A stretch of 64,000 nucleotides of DNA, from assembly GCA_963728125.1 (NCBI GenBank), contig CAVSIZ010000013.1, positions 98,803 through 162,802 of the forward strand, given 5' to 3'. Below the pieces are notes generated by a model. The model was not told where the DNA came from, ran no database searches, and saw only the letters and a list, made by a program, of their open reading frames with translations. Of the stretch, positions 1 to 9,645 are shown one piece after another (the first letter of the stretch is position 1; each line of letters opens with the position of its first letter). A program made the position numbers and the translations under genes. The DNA comes from an uncultured Actinomycetota bacterium. GTDB taxonomy: Bacteria; Actinomycetota; Actinomycetes; CAWDCV01.

Positions 1-476
1 TACGCCGCGGGGACGGGTCTTCATGCGATCGCCCTCGATCAGGTAGCCATCACGGCGCAAGCCGTCGACGATGTCGACCAGCCGAGGGCCGGTCGTGTCG
101 TCGAGAACGGCGGCGCGGTACCGCTCGACCTGGTCGGACGCGGTCTGGTAGTAACCGGTCGCGACGAGCAGGCCGTCGGCGTCGATGTGCACGTACAGTC
201 CGGATTCGCCCTTTGCATCGTTGATCATCGCGCCCTGATTGGTCTTGTACGGCGACTTGTCGGCGGCGAAGCGCACGTCGCGGTACGGACGGAAGACCTT
301 GACGTCGCCACCGATCGACCGGCTGGAGTTCGTCGACGAGGGCGTTCATGGGGTCGCGAATGCAGGTCTCCCAGGTCGCCTTGTGATCGGTCCAGTAGGC
401 CTTCGAGTTGTCGGCCTGCAGGCCCTCATAGAACTCGAATGCCTCGTCCGGGAAGCCGGCGAACCTCATGCGCCCT
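1..476 (-). CDS. DUF2461 (TIGR02453-family) protein; 3' end lies beyond the window start; apparent 1-nt frameshift near 305-325
   Basis: N-terminus MRFAGFPDEAFEFYEGLQADNSKAYWTDHK...DPMNALVDEL matches DUF2461. The conserved continuation SIGGDVKVFRPYRDVRFAADKSPYKTNQGAM...GLYVHIDADGLLVATGYYQ is found only in the adjacent frame downstream. Confidence 0.6.
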
Positions 477-1005
477 CTCCGTTGCTGATATCGGTGTGGA
501 ACCGGCGTTGCTCGACCGCGCGACCCATGTCCAGTTCTCGGCGACTGCCGTCGGCGGCCCACCCGGCCCCAGTCAGGAAGCCAACCAGAGCGTCGTCACC
601 GTCGAGCACCCACGTCTGTGCCCGGCGGAAGCCATCGCCCTGGAAGTGGTCGACAGCCGCAGCGAGCAAGCGCGATCCGTGACCGCGGCGCCCATGATCG
701 GCGTCGACGATCAGCGCCACCAGCTCGCCGTCGAGTAGTGCCTCACTGTCGAGGTCACCGGCTGGCCCGGTAGCGGCGACACCGACCACCGTCGCGCCCT
801 CGAGGGCGACGAGGACGCGATGTCGCGGGCTGGGCGGTCGTACGGCCGAGTCCCGCCACTGCTGAGCAACGATGGCCTCGTCGAACTGGTGAAGCGCGTC
901 GCTGGGAAGGATGTCTGCGCACGTCACTCGCCAGGTGCGCAGCTGCAGCGCGGCGATAGCAGCCGCGTCGTCCGCGCGCGCGGCGCGGACACTCGCATCC
1001 GCCAC
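466..1005 (-). CDS. GNAT family N-acetyltransferase
   Basis: 179 aa; the acetyl-CoA binding region R-x-x-G-x-G motif (HGRRGHGSRLL) and overall GNAT fold pattern are present. Confidence 0.65.
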   Translation of the reverse strand: MADASVRAARADDAAAIAALQLRTWRVTCADILPSDALHQFDEAIVAQQWRDSAVRPPSPRHRVLVALEGATVVGVAATGPAGDLDSEALLDGELVALIVDADHGRRGHGSRLLAAAVDHFQGDGFRRAQTWVLDGDDALVGFLTGAGWAADGSRRELDMGRAVEQRRFHTDISNGEGA

Positions 1006-1008
1006 GGA

Positions 1009-1614
1009 TCACGCATCCTCGGCGTCCGGCCGCTGCCGGGACCGGTAGGCGCGGGTCTTGTTGCGGTTGCCACAGATGCCCATGGAGCACCAGGTGCGGG
1101 ATCGGTTCTTGGACGTGTCGAGGAACGCCCACTGGCAGGTGTCTTCGCGGCACAGCTTGAGGCGCTGCCACGTGCCATCGGCCTCGGTTCGTGCCATCGC
1201 GACGACGACATGCCCGAGGGCAGCCCGAACCCCATCGTTCGCGGGAACCAGCACCGGATCGCCAGCGGGAAAGGTCAGCCGCATTGGCAGCTCGCTCGCG
1301 ATGCGCTCGAGCTTGGCATGCGATCGCTCGACGCCGTCGTGGTGGTCGCTCAGAGCGGACCGGATCTCTGTGCGGAGGCGGAGGGCGAGGTCGAGGGTGG
1401 CGCTATCGGCAGTGCCGCGGCGCAGCAGCTCATGCTCGCGTAGCCACTGGGTGAGGCCGGCCGGCGACTCCAAAAGATCGACATCGTCCTCGACATCGAT
1501 CGTGTTAGCGAAGTCGCGCACCAGCTCGGCGGGAGTCGTGGCCTCGTCCTGGCCCACCGGCTCGGCTGTCGTTGTTGCCATCCTCATCCCTTCATACCGC
1601 TGGTTGCGCGCCAC
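1009..1614 (-). CDS. CGNR zinc-finger (ABATE domain) protein
   Basis: C-terminal CREDTCQWAFLDTSKNRSRTWCSMGICGNRNKTRAYR is a CGNR zinc finger; the start could be an internal Met near 1587. Confidence 0.7.
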   Translation of the reverse strand: MARNQRYEGMRMATTTAEPVGQDEATTPAELVRDFANTIDVEDDVDLLESPAGLTQWLREHELLRRGTADSATLDLALRLRTEIRSALSDHHDGVERSHAKLERIASELPMRLTFPAGDPVLVPANDGVRAALGHVVVAMARTEADGTWQRLKLCREDTCQWAFLDTSKNRSRTWCSMGICGNRNKTRAYRSRQRPDAEDA

Positions 1615-1851
1615 CAGCGTATGCGGTTAGCAGGTTGCTCCTGAGCGACTTGATACACGGTCTGCGGTTGGGCGAGCGCATGCTGTCAACGAAACGATCT
1701 GAACGGCCTCGATTGGCGAAATGAGCCCCTTCGCGACAGGGCACGCACGCGAATCTTGCGGCATTCTTGCAAGGGAAACGTCGGGGGCTCTGTCCGTCGA
1801 GCCGGACGAGGAGGTGTCGGCTAGCCCGTGCCCTCCTCCAGGCACGCCGTC

Positions 1852-2649
1852 ATGAATACGCGACTCGCCCTAAGAACCGCTCTTGCGGTGGTCGCGCTTG
1901 CCCTCGTGACGTTGGTGTGGCCGGTTGGCTCCGCTGACGCGGTCGAACCCGCCGATCCTGGCGTCCCGGCAGACGCCGTCAGCTGGGCCGATCGCAGCGG
2001 TGTGCGCGCGGTCACCGAAGCATTGGCGACCAACCCGCAGTACGGCGACACCTACCTGTCCTGGACCGGGATCACCATCGGCAGCCTGCGTACCGAGCTC
2101 GCAGTCACTCCTGAGTTCGTCGCCAGCACCGGGCCGGCATCCCGAGACCAGCTACCGGTGGCGGAGTACATCGCGCCGGTCTTCTACCAGGGGGAGCTGA
2201 TCGCCGCCGTCGGCTTCCGGCGAGCGGCGGACGGCGGATGGGAGTTAGGCCCGCAGATCTACCCGGAGGAGGTTGGCGTCGCCGTCGACGACCTGGCGTA
2301 CGGCGTGGTGGTGCTCTACGAACAGACCAACGGCGCTTGGTTCGCCCTCAATGGCGAGGCGCTGAGCCCTCTGGGTCCGACGAGCGCCGCACTGCTGGAC
2401 GACGGGCCGATCGACCTGACCCGGTTGCGCGACCGGCTCGCGCAGGGTCCGACCACGCCGTCGGCTACCGCCCCGGCCGAAGCCGGGATCGTTTCTCCCG
2501 CGGCAACTGAACCCGCGCGCAGCGTGGGCCTGTGGTTCTGGCTCACCGTTGGCGCGGCCGTAGTCCTCGTGGTCGCGATCGTGCTCCAGATGATGAGCGT
2601 CCGCCGCCGCCGTAAGCGCCGGCGTCGCCACATCCGCCGCCTCGCCTAA
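1852..2649 (+). CDS. secreted/membrane-anchored hypothetical protein
   Basis: Signal peptide MNTRLALRTALAVVALALVTLVWPVGSADA; C-terminal transmembrane helix followed by a poly-Arg/Lys tail. Confidence 0.5.
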   Translation: MNTRLALRTALAVVALALVTLVWPVGSADAVEPADPGVPADAVSWADRSGVRAVTEALATNPQYGDTYLSWTGITIGSLRTELAVTPEFVASTGPASRDQLPVAEYIAPVFYQGELIAAVGFRRAADGGWELGPQIYPEEVGVAVDDLAYGVVVLYEQTNGAWFALNGEALSPLGPTSAALLDDGPIDLTRLRDRLAQGPTTPSATAPAEAGIVSPAATEPARSVGLWFWLTVGAAVVLVVAIVLQMMSVRRRRKRRRRHIRRLA

Positions 2650-2675
2650 CCCCACGGTCGCCCACCTGCCACCGA

Positions 2676-2736
2676 AATGATCACGTCTTCGTGATCATTC
2701 AGGGCGATACGCGTTCTGTAACGGGCGTATCGCCCT
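2676..2736. terminator. two adjacent perfect hairpins between convergent genes (probable bidirectional terminators)
   Basis: aatgatcacg-tcttc-cgtgatcatt (10-bp stem) followed by agggcgatacgc-gttctgtaacgg-gcgtatcgccct (12-bp stem); there is no clear U-tract. Confidence 0.4.
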
Positions 2737-2769
2737 CACTCGTCGCGTATCGCCGTACCTCCGGAGGAC

Positions 2770-3015
2770 CTAAACATTCGCGATGTGCTCGCGGGCCGCG
2801 GCAATCAGCCGTTGCTCGGCGTTCTCCCCATCGGTGTACTGATCCTTGATCAGGTCGCCGATCCACTCGCCCGCGAGGGCTAGGTAACTTGCCACGAGCT
2901 CGAGCATCTCCTGACGGCGTTCTTCCCGCCGACGAGAGCGCTGCCGCTGCCAGTCCAGAGTGGGAGCGAGCGCGGCGCCCAGGACAACGCCGATCAGTGC
3001 CAGCACCGTCTCCAT
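2770..3015 (-). CDS. small membrane protein (hypothetical)
   Basis: 81 aa with an N-terminal transmembrane helix METVLALIGVVLGAALAP; has no overlap with the thyX start. Confidence 0.35.
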   Translation of the reverse strand: METVLALIGVVLGAALAPTLDWQRQRSRRREERRQEMLELVASYLALAGEWIGDLIKDQYTDGENAEQRLIAAAREHIANV

Positions 3016-3128
3016 GGTTGTCCTCCCTGTCCGTCATGGGAGTAACGCTGACACACCTCCCAGGGGTCAAGATCGTGTCGGTGCTCGGGACTAGCCTCGG
3101 CGCAGCAATCGTGGTGAGGGAGCGGCGC

Positions 3129-4782
3129 GTGACGGATCAGTCCGACATCGAGTTCCGCAGCGATATGACGGTCGAGCTCGTCAAGGCGAACGCCAGCGAC
3201 GCCGATGTCCTCTTCGCTGCCCGGGTGTCGACCAAGGGTGAGCAATCGCTCGAGGACGTGGGCTCCGACGCAACCAGGTCTCGGGGACTCATCAGCTACC
3301 TGATGCGCGATCGGCACGGCTGCTACGACGAGCAGACCGAGGTGCTGACGAATCAGGGCTGGAAGCCCTGGCCGGACGTAACCGGGCACGAGCAGTTCGT
3401 GACCCGATCGAGCGACGGACTGATCGAGTATCAGCGGGCGTCGCATCACATTGCGAAGCGTTACGACGGACCAATGATCCGCATCGACAGCGCCGACGTC
3501 GATCTGCTGGTCACGCCCGACCATCGCATGTGGGTGGCCGGGCGACGATGACGACGACTGGCGATTCCGGCCGGCGGCGGATCTGCGCGACGGCTCCTAT
3601 CGACTCGCCACCGGTGGGGGTCACTGGATCACCAACGAGCCCAACGATGTCTACGGCACGGTTTGCGCTCCTGGGGTTCTTCCTGGCCGTCGGGGAGTTC
3701 GCAGGCAGCGCGGCGCGATTCCGGCTACGTGACGAGGCGGAGATCTCGTTCTTCCTTGAGCAGGCAGCGGCTGCCGAGTTCCCGGTCACCACTAGATCGC
3801 GGAGTTATTCCGACGTATCCGCCGACGAGGACTTCTTCCTCGCCGCGAAGAAGTGCGCTGCCGATGACAGCGCGAACGGCATTCCACGCGAGGTGCTCGA
3901 CGCTTCGCCCGAGTCGCTGGACGCGCTCCACGCCGGGTTGTTTGCGCCACATTCGTCGACGGGGGAGCGCACCCTGACAACGACCAGTCCTGTGCTTGCC
4001 GGCCAGCTCCAGGAGACGGCGCTCAAGGGTGGGCAAGTCGCAGTGGTGAGCCAGTCGGATGACGGGCGGCGTTGGCGTGTAGCGATGCGTCCTGCAGACC
4101 AGGCGCCCATACCCGCATCGGCACGACCACCGAGGCACAACGACGGCAGGTCACCGTCGAGCACTATCGCGGGCGGATCTACTGCGTCACCGTTCCGAAT
4201 GGAACGCTGTACGTCCGCCGCAACGGCAAGCCGCTGTGGTGCGGGAACAGCCCGTTCGAGCACAACTCGATGACGTTCTTCGTCAGCGCGCCGATCTTCG
4301 TCTTCCGCGAGTTCCAGCGTCACCGCATCGCGTCGTACAACGAGGAGAGCGGTCGCTATCGAGAGCTGCGGCCCGTCTTCTACGTTCCCGGCCCCGAGCG
4401 CAAGCTCGTTCAAGAGGGCAAGCCGGGCCACTACGTCTTCGTGGATGGGACGTCCGAGCAGCACGATGTCGTGGTCAGCGCCACCAAGGAGTCGTGCCGC
4501 CAGGCCTACGCCGCGTACAAGCAGATGCTCGACGTTGGCATCGCTCGAGAGATCGCCCGCGGTGTGCTGCCAGTCGCGACGTACTCCTCCATGTACGTCA
4601 CGGTCAACGCGCGCTCCCTGATGAATTTCCTGTCGCTGCGCACCAAGCGCGAGGGGTCGACGTTCCCGTCCTTCCCGCAGCGCGAGATCGAGATGGTGGC
4701 AGAGCAGATGGAGGCTGAGTGGGCTCGGCTGATGCCGCTCACCCACGCGGCGTTCAACGCGGCGGGACGTGTCGCGCCCTGA
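3129..4782 (+). pseudogene. thyX: flavin-dependent thymidylate synthase ThyX interrupted by an intein; the exteins lie in different frames (net +1), so it is either a decayed gene or assembly indels
   Basis: N-extein (V/M)TDQSDIEFRSDMTVELVKANASDADVLFAARVS...LISYLMRDRHG followed by Cys; C-extein SPFEHNSMTFFVSAPIFVFREFQRHRIASYNEESGRY carries the ThyX RHR-x7-S motif; a GTG at 3129 has a GGGAG RBS (alternative ATG at 3165); synteny with dapA and rnj. Confidence 0.7.
3321..4248 (+). mobile_element. intein within thyX, with a LAGLIDADG-like endonuclease domain; 928 nt with at least three internal frame changes and an atypical C-terminal ...WCGN
   Basis: Block A is CYDEQTEVLTNQGW; block B is LLVTPDHRMWVAG. 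In the next frame: DDDDDWRFRPAADLRDGSYRLAT. In the third frame: ALLGFFLAVGEFAG (LAGLIDADG-like). Block F/G is RIYCVTVPNGTLYVRRNGKPLWCGN followed by Ser +1. Confidence 0.65.
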
Positions 4783-4817
4783 CGAGAAGCCCGACGACTG
4801 CCGGTAGCGTGACCGAC

Positions 4818-5723
4818 ATGACCTCAAGCACCGACGCCCTCACGCCGTTCGGGCGAGTGCTCACCGCGATGGTGTCGCCCTTCACCGCGGGCGGTGAGCT
4901 CGACGTCGAGGGCGCCCAGCAGCTCGCCACGTTCCTGGTCGATAACGGCAACGACGGCCTCGTCGTCAACGGCACGACCGGGGAATCGCCCACCACGACC
5001 GACGCGGAGAAGGAGCGGCTGCTCCGTGCGGTCGTCGACGCCGTCGGCGACCGGGCCCACATCGTGGCTGGCGTCGGCACCAACGACACCGCCCACACCG
5101 TCGAGCTGGCCCGCGCCGCGGAAAAGACAGGTGTCCACGGCCTGCTTGTCGTCACGCCCTACTACAACAAGCCGCCGCAGGCCGGACTCGTCGCGCACTT
5201 CACCGCTGCCGCCGATGCGACGGCGCTCCCGGTCATGCTCTACGACATCCCCGGCCGGACCGGGACGCCCATCGCGTCCGAGACGCTGGTACGGCTCGCC
5301 GAGCACGAGCGCATCATCGCCGTCAAGGACGCCAAGGGCGATCTCGCCGAGTCCTCCTGGGTGCTGGCGCGCACTGATCTGGCGTACTACTCCGGCGACG
5401 ACAAGGTCACGCTGCCCCTTCTGTCGATCGGCGCTGTCGGCGTCGTCGGCGTGCCGACTCACCTGTTCGGCGCGCAGACCCACGAGATGATCGAGTCCTA
5501 CGTCGCAGGTGACGTCGCCGGCGCCCTGGCGCTGCACCGTCAGCTGCTGCCGGTGTTCTTCGGGTTCTTCCGTACCCAGGGCGTCATCCTCACCAAGGCC
5601 GCGTTGCGACTGGCCGGCCTCCCTGGCGGCCCCGTGCGCTCACCGCTCGTCGAGGCGACCGACGACGAGGTGGCTCGGCTGCGTTCCGACATGATCGAGG
5701 CGGGCTGGGTCGCGACCGGATGA
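4818..5723 (+). CDS. dapA: 4-hydroxy-tetrahydrodipicolinate synthase
   Basis: GTTGE motif; the conserved Lys lies in the IIAVKDAKG region; DapA/NAL family; 4-nt ATGA overlap with rnj. Confidence 0.9.
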   Translation: MTSSTDALTPFGRVLTAMVSPFTAGGELDVEGAQQLATFLVDNGNDGLVVNGTTGESPTTTDAEKERLLRAVVDAVGDRAHIVAGVGTNDTAHTVELARAAEKTGVHGLLVVTPYYNKPPQAGLVAHFTAAADATALPVMLYDIPGRTGTPIASETLVRLAEHERIIAVKDAKGDLAESSWVLARTDLAYYSGDDKVTLPLLSIGAVGVVGVPTHLFGAQTHEMIESYVAGDVAGALALHRQLLPVFFGFFRTQGVILTKAALRLAGLPGGPVRSPLVEATDDEVARLRSDMIEAGWVATG

Positions 5724-7405
5724 GTCACCCCCACCCCGAACTCGGCGCCCCTCCACCGCTTCCTCCGAATGGCCTGCGCATCGTGCCTCTCGGCGGCCTT
5801 GGCGAGATCGGCCGCAACATGACGGTCCTCGAGTACGACGGCCGACTGCTCGTCGTCGACTGCGGCGTGCTGTTCCCCGAGGAGGACCAGCCCGGAGTCG
5901 ACCTGATCCTTCCCGACTTCAGCTCGATCCGCGGCCGCCTCGGCGACATCGAAGCAATCGTCCTTACCCACGCCCATGAGGACCACATCGGCGCCGTGCC
6001 GTACCTGCTGCGCGAACGCTCGGACATCCCGCTCATCGGCTCGCGGCTGACGTTGGCCCTGGTCGAGTCGAAACTGCAGGAGCACCGGATCGATCCCTAC
6101 ACCCTCGAGGTACGTGAGGGTCAGCGCGAGCGACTCGGGCCGTTCGAGTGCGAGTTCCTCGCCGTCAATCACTCCATCCCCGACGCGCTGGCGGTTGCCG
6201 TTCGCACCGGCGCCGGACTGCTGCTGCACACCGGCGACTTCAAGATGGACCAGCTTCCGCTGGACGGACGGCTCACCGACCTGGGCGGCTTTGCGCGCCT
6301 CGGCGAGGAGGGCGTCGACCTTCTCCTATGCGACTCCACGAACGCCGAGGTGCCGGGCTTCGTCACACCGGAGCGCAACATCAAGCCGGTGCTGCGCCAG
6401 GTCGTCGCCGATGCGCGCAGACGGGTGATCGTTGCCTGCTTTGCCAGTCACGTTCACCGCGTCCAGCAGGTCCTCGACGTCGCCGCCGAGCATGGCCGCC
6501 GGGTCGCCTTCGTCGGCCGCTCGATGGTGCGCAACATGAATGTCGCACGGGATCTGGGCTATCTCACCATCCCGCCGGGGCTCATGGTCGACCTCGCCGC
6601 GATCGATGACCTCCCGCCCGACGAGGTCCTGCTCATCTCCACCGGGTCCCAGGGGGAGCCGCTGTCGGCGCTGTCGCGGATGGCCAATCGCGATCACCCC
6701 ATTCGCATCGAGGAGGGGGACACCGTCATCCTCGCCTCGTCACTGATTCCGGGGAACGAGACGGCGGTCTACCGCGTCGTCAACGGGTTGATGCGCTGGG
6801 GAGCGCGCGTCATCCATCGCGACAACGCCCTGGTCCACGTGTCCGGCCACGCCTCAGCCGGCGAGCTGCTGTACGTGTTCAACCTCGTACGGCCGCGCAA
6901 TCTCATGCCGGTCCATGGCGAGCCTCGCCACCTGCTCGCCTGCGCGGATCTCGCGGTGATGACGGGCGTGCCGCGTGACCGGATCGTCATGGCCGAGGAC
7001 GGCGTGGTGGTCGACCTGGTCGACGGCGTCGCGCGCATCGTTGGCGTCGTCCCCTGTGGCTACGTCTACGTCGACGGGCTCTCCGTCGGCGACATCACGG
7101 AATCGTCCTTGAAGGATCGGCGCATTCTCGGCGACGAGGGCTTCGTGTCGGTGTTCGTCGTCGTGGACTCCCAGACCGGAAAGATTGTCGGCGGCCCGGA
7201 GATCCAGGCGCGTGGCTCCGGCATCGAGGACGCCGCCTTCGACGAGGTCGTCGAGCGCATCCAACAGGTGCTCAACGACATGGCAGCGGAAGGGTCGCTC
7301 GATCTGCATCAAATCCAGCAGCGCGTGCGCCGCACGGTCGGCCGTTGGGTCAACGACCGCTACCGGCGCCGCCCGATGATCGTCCCTGTCGTCGTCGAGG
7401 TCTGA
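5720..7405 (+). CDS. rnj: ribonuclease J
   Basis: 561 aa; metallo-beta-lactamase HAHEDHIG motif plus the beta-CASP and RNase J C-terminal domains. Confidence 0.9.
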   Translation: MSHPHPELGAPPPLPPNGLRIVPLGGLGEIGRNMTVLEYDGRLLVVDCGVLFPEEDQPGVDLILPDFSSIRGRLGDIEAIVLTHAHEDHIGAVPYLLRERSDIPLIGSRLTLALVESKLQEHRIDPYTLEVREGQRERLGPFECEFLAVNHSIPDALAVAVRTGAGLLLHTGDFKMDQLPLDGRLTDLGGFARLGEEGVDLLLCDSTNAEVPGFVTPERNIKPVLRQVVADARRRVIVACFASHVHRVQQVLDVAAEHGRRVAFVGRSMVRNMNVARDLGYLTIPPGLMVDLAAIDDLPPDEVLLISTGSQGEPLSALSRMANRDHPIRIEEGDTVILASSLIPGNETAVYRVVNGLMRWGARVIHRDNALVHVSGHASAGELLYVFNLVRPRNLMPVHGEPRHLLACADLAVMTGVPRDRIVMAEDGVVVDLVDGVARIVGVVPCGYVYVDGLSVGDITESSLKDRRILGDEGFVSVFVVVDSQTGKIVGGPEIQARGSGIEDAAFDEVVERIQQVLNDMAAEGSLDLHQIQQRVRRTVGRWVNDRYRRRPMIVPVVVEV

Positions 7406-7430
7406 GACGTCTGCGTTTCTCTCGCCCCTG

Positions 7431-7634
7431 ATGCAACGGGGCGCTGTTGCCCTCGTGCGCCGCTACCAGCGCGGCGCAGCGCCCGACAGTCGCGCACGGT
7501 GCCGTTACCAACCGACCTGCTCCACGTACGCAATCGAAGCCATCGAGCGGTACGGCCTGCTGGTCGGAGGAACGCGCGCTTTGCGCCGCATCCTGCGCTG
7601 TCGACCACCCTTCGGCGGAGTGGACGAGCCCTGA
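7431..7634 (+). CDS. yidD: membrane protein insertion efficiency factor YidD-like
   Basis: CRYQPTCSTYAIEAIERYG...RILRCRPPFGGVDEP matches the YidD signature. Confidence 0.75.
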   Translation: MQRGAVALVRRYQRGAAPDSRARCRYQPTCSTYAIEAIERYGLLVGGTRALRRILRCRPPFGGVDEP

Positions 7635-7650
7635 GCTTCGTCGAGCAGGC

Positions 7651-7962
7651 TCAACGGTGACGCCGCGGCCCCATCGACATCAGGCACCCACCCGGGAGCG
7701 GACGGATGTCTACACCGTCCGGATTGAACAGGTCGTACGGATCCACGAGGACCAGCTCTTCCGGCGGCGGGACTTCGCGCAGCTCCCGTCGCCGCGGTGT
7801 CGGCGGAACCGGGGGCGGCGCGCTCGGGAGCGTGTTGGGCAGCCGGGTCCGAACCGCTTCGCGCAGTGCCTCGCCATGCGGCACGGTGGCCCCGCACGTC
7901 TCGCACGTGCGACCGCCTCTATTCACCGCCTCGCACACGCGGCAGCGCCACACGGCGCTCAT
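7651..7962 (-). CDS. small zinc-ribbon protein, translationally coupled to the upstream kinase remnant
   Basis: CRVCEAVNRGGRTCETC (CxxC...CxxC); ATGA overlap with the kinase-like ORF stop at 7959-7962. Confidence 0.5.
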   Translation of the reverse strand: MSAVWRCRVCEAVNRGGRTCETCGATVPHGEALREAVRTRLPNTLPSAPPPVPPTPRRRELREVPPPEELVLVDPYDLFNPDGVDIRPLPGGCLMSMGPRRHR

Positions 7963-8506
7963 CGCGCATCTCGGTCGGTGAGCTTATGCACGAGCTTCCC
8001 GATCAAGCCGCCCGTTCGAACCGGTTCGGTCGGAGACGCAGACTTCAGTGCCGTCCGCAGGCCCTTTCCGCGCAACGACGTGGGCCCCTTCGGCTTCCTG
8101 GGCATGAAGAGCGAGTCGCTCGGGGGCCGCAGCGCCATCAGGGTGGTATGCACCTCAGCGATCGTCGGTCGACGTGCTGCCTCGGCGGACATCATCCGGT
8201 CGATGAGACCGGCCAGGTCGGCATCGACGCCGGTCCGAGGGACGCGCAGCGTCCCTCCGCTGCGAACGGCCACGGCCGGCTCGTGGTACGTCGCAACGTC
8301 GAACGGGGGCGGTGCTGCAGTGAGGTACTCGGTGTAGATGAGTCCCAGCGCGAAGATGTCGGAAGCCACGCCGAGCTGGCTGGAAACTCCTTGATGAAGA
8401 AGGTTCGGCCTCCCCGCTCCGCAAACGTCCACTTGCTCAGGCCGGCGCCGACGACCTTGAAGTCCTCGAGGATGGTGTAGCCGTTAATGACGTCCCCGGC
8501 CTTCAC
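7959..8506 (-). pseudogene. Ser/Thr protein kinase remnant: Gly-loop/beta3 joined directly to the C-lobe by an internal deletion, plus a frameshift near 8381-8400
   Basis: GTG at 8506 overlaps the PP2C stop (GTGA). YTILEDFKVVGAGLSKWTFAERGGRTFFIKEF resembles subdomains I-II. A frame shift follows, then SDIFALGLIYTEYLTAAPPPFD...LAGLIDRMMSAEAARRPT (subdomains IX-XI). No HRD/DFG region is present, and 184 codons is too short for a kinase domain. Confidence 0.55.
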
Positions 8507-9645
8507 GAGGACACCTCTTCCGCCGGCGCCGCCTCGCGCGGATCGGCCTCGTGGCCTGCGGCGACGCCGTCCTCCGCCTCCGGCTCGTCCGGCCGCAGGT
8601 ACCGCTCGTACCCGGGCTTGTACCGACCCCAGATTTCGGCGATGGTGTCGTCTTGGCGCTGCCGCGCCGCCGCCAGCTGACGTTCGGCGTCGGCTACCGC
8701 TCGTGCGCGTTCCTCCATTGGCGCGATGAATTCCCGTTCGAGCTCTTCTACGCGCGACCTGAACAGCTCCTGGAACTGAGCGAACTGCGCACCGATGCCG
8801 AGCAGCGACATGGCTGCGTCGTCGCCGGTGACGGCGGTGATGTCCCTCTGCAACGCCGCCGACCAGGAGTCGGGATTTCTCGAACCGAGAAGGTGTGACA
8901 GGACCAGGTGCTCGAAGTGCATGGGAGATCGGACATAGCCGAAGCAACCGTCGGTCGCGCACGCCACCAGGAACGGAGCCTCTATCTCTGTCTTGCGATA
9001 GTTGACGTGGAACTCCGTATCCGCCGACATGGCATTGCTCACCACCGAGTCCCGGCGCAGATTCGACATCGCGTCACCCGGGTCGCGCAGATCATCGGTC
9101 GTGAGCTGGCGAACCCCTTGGGGTTCGAACGCGTAGGCCCGTGAGTCGCCAGCCCACAGGACGTGGCAGGCCCACGTCGCGCCGCCAGGTTGGGTTCGCT
9201 GCAGGGCGACGAGGGCCATCGTCGTCGGCAGCGCCCGTAGCAAGCGGGAACGCAAGCCACTCGCCGGCGCCTTGAGCTCATCAAGTCGCTCGACCAGCGC
9301 CTCTCGCACCGACCGGCGCAGATCCTCCGCGGTCGCGCGCCCGTTGAGATTCCAATCGGGCTCGAGGAGAGTCAACATCCGTCGCTCGACGACATCCCGA
9401 GCGATTCGTGATGCCAGATACGCCCCCGTGCGCGGACCATCCGGCGTCTCGTACACCGTCCCGCCGGCGCCGCCCATGCCGTCGAACACGGCGATCAGAC
9501 CGAGGTCGCGGCCATCCCGGAGGATGGGGTCTGAGTCCTCACCTTGATCGGGGATCTTGCCGAGATTGAAGGCAAACGAGATCGTCGGACCAGGTGCCGA
9601 CCCAAGGCCGGTACCCGCTGAGGGTGCGCCTGAGCTTTCGCTCAC
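8503..9645 (-). CDS. PP2C-family Ser/Thr protein phosphatase with a C-terminal coiled-coil extension
   Basis: LGLIAVFDGMGGAGG and WAGDSRAYAF are PP2C metal-binding motifs; the GTG start overlaps the vWA stop (GTGA). Confidence 0.8.
   Translation of the reverse strand: MSESSGAPSAGTGLGSAPGPTISFAFNLGKIPDQGEDSDPILRDGRDLGLIAVFDGMGGAGGTVYETPDGPRTGAYLASRIARDVVERRMLTLLEPDWNLNGRATAEDLRRSVREALVERLDELKAPASGLRSRLLRALPTTMALVALQRTQPGGATWACHVLWAGDSRAYAFEPQGVRQLTTDDLRDPGDAMSNLRRDSVVSNAMSADTEFHVNYRKTEIEAPFLVACATDGCFGYVRSPMHFEHLVLSHLLGSRNPDSWSAALQRDITAVTGDDAAMSLLGIGAQFAQFQELFRSRVEELEREFIAPMEERARAVADAERQLAAARQRQDDTIAEIWGRYKPGYERYLRPDEPEAEDGVAAGHEADPREAAPAEEVSS

Noticed and set aside
2889-4782. Treating the three ORFs at 2889-3551, 3530-4273 and 4072-4782 as three separate genes
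   Set aside because: ThyX motifs continue across the outer two, and the middle ORF is the intein endonuclease region. This is one interrupted gene
3805-4827. 340-aa minus-strand ORF across the thyX intein and C-extein
   Set aside because: It is antisense to recognisable ThyX and intein sequence, has an Arg/Gly-rich composition typical of spurious high-GC frames, and has no domain signal
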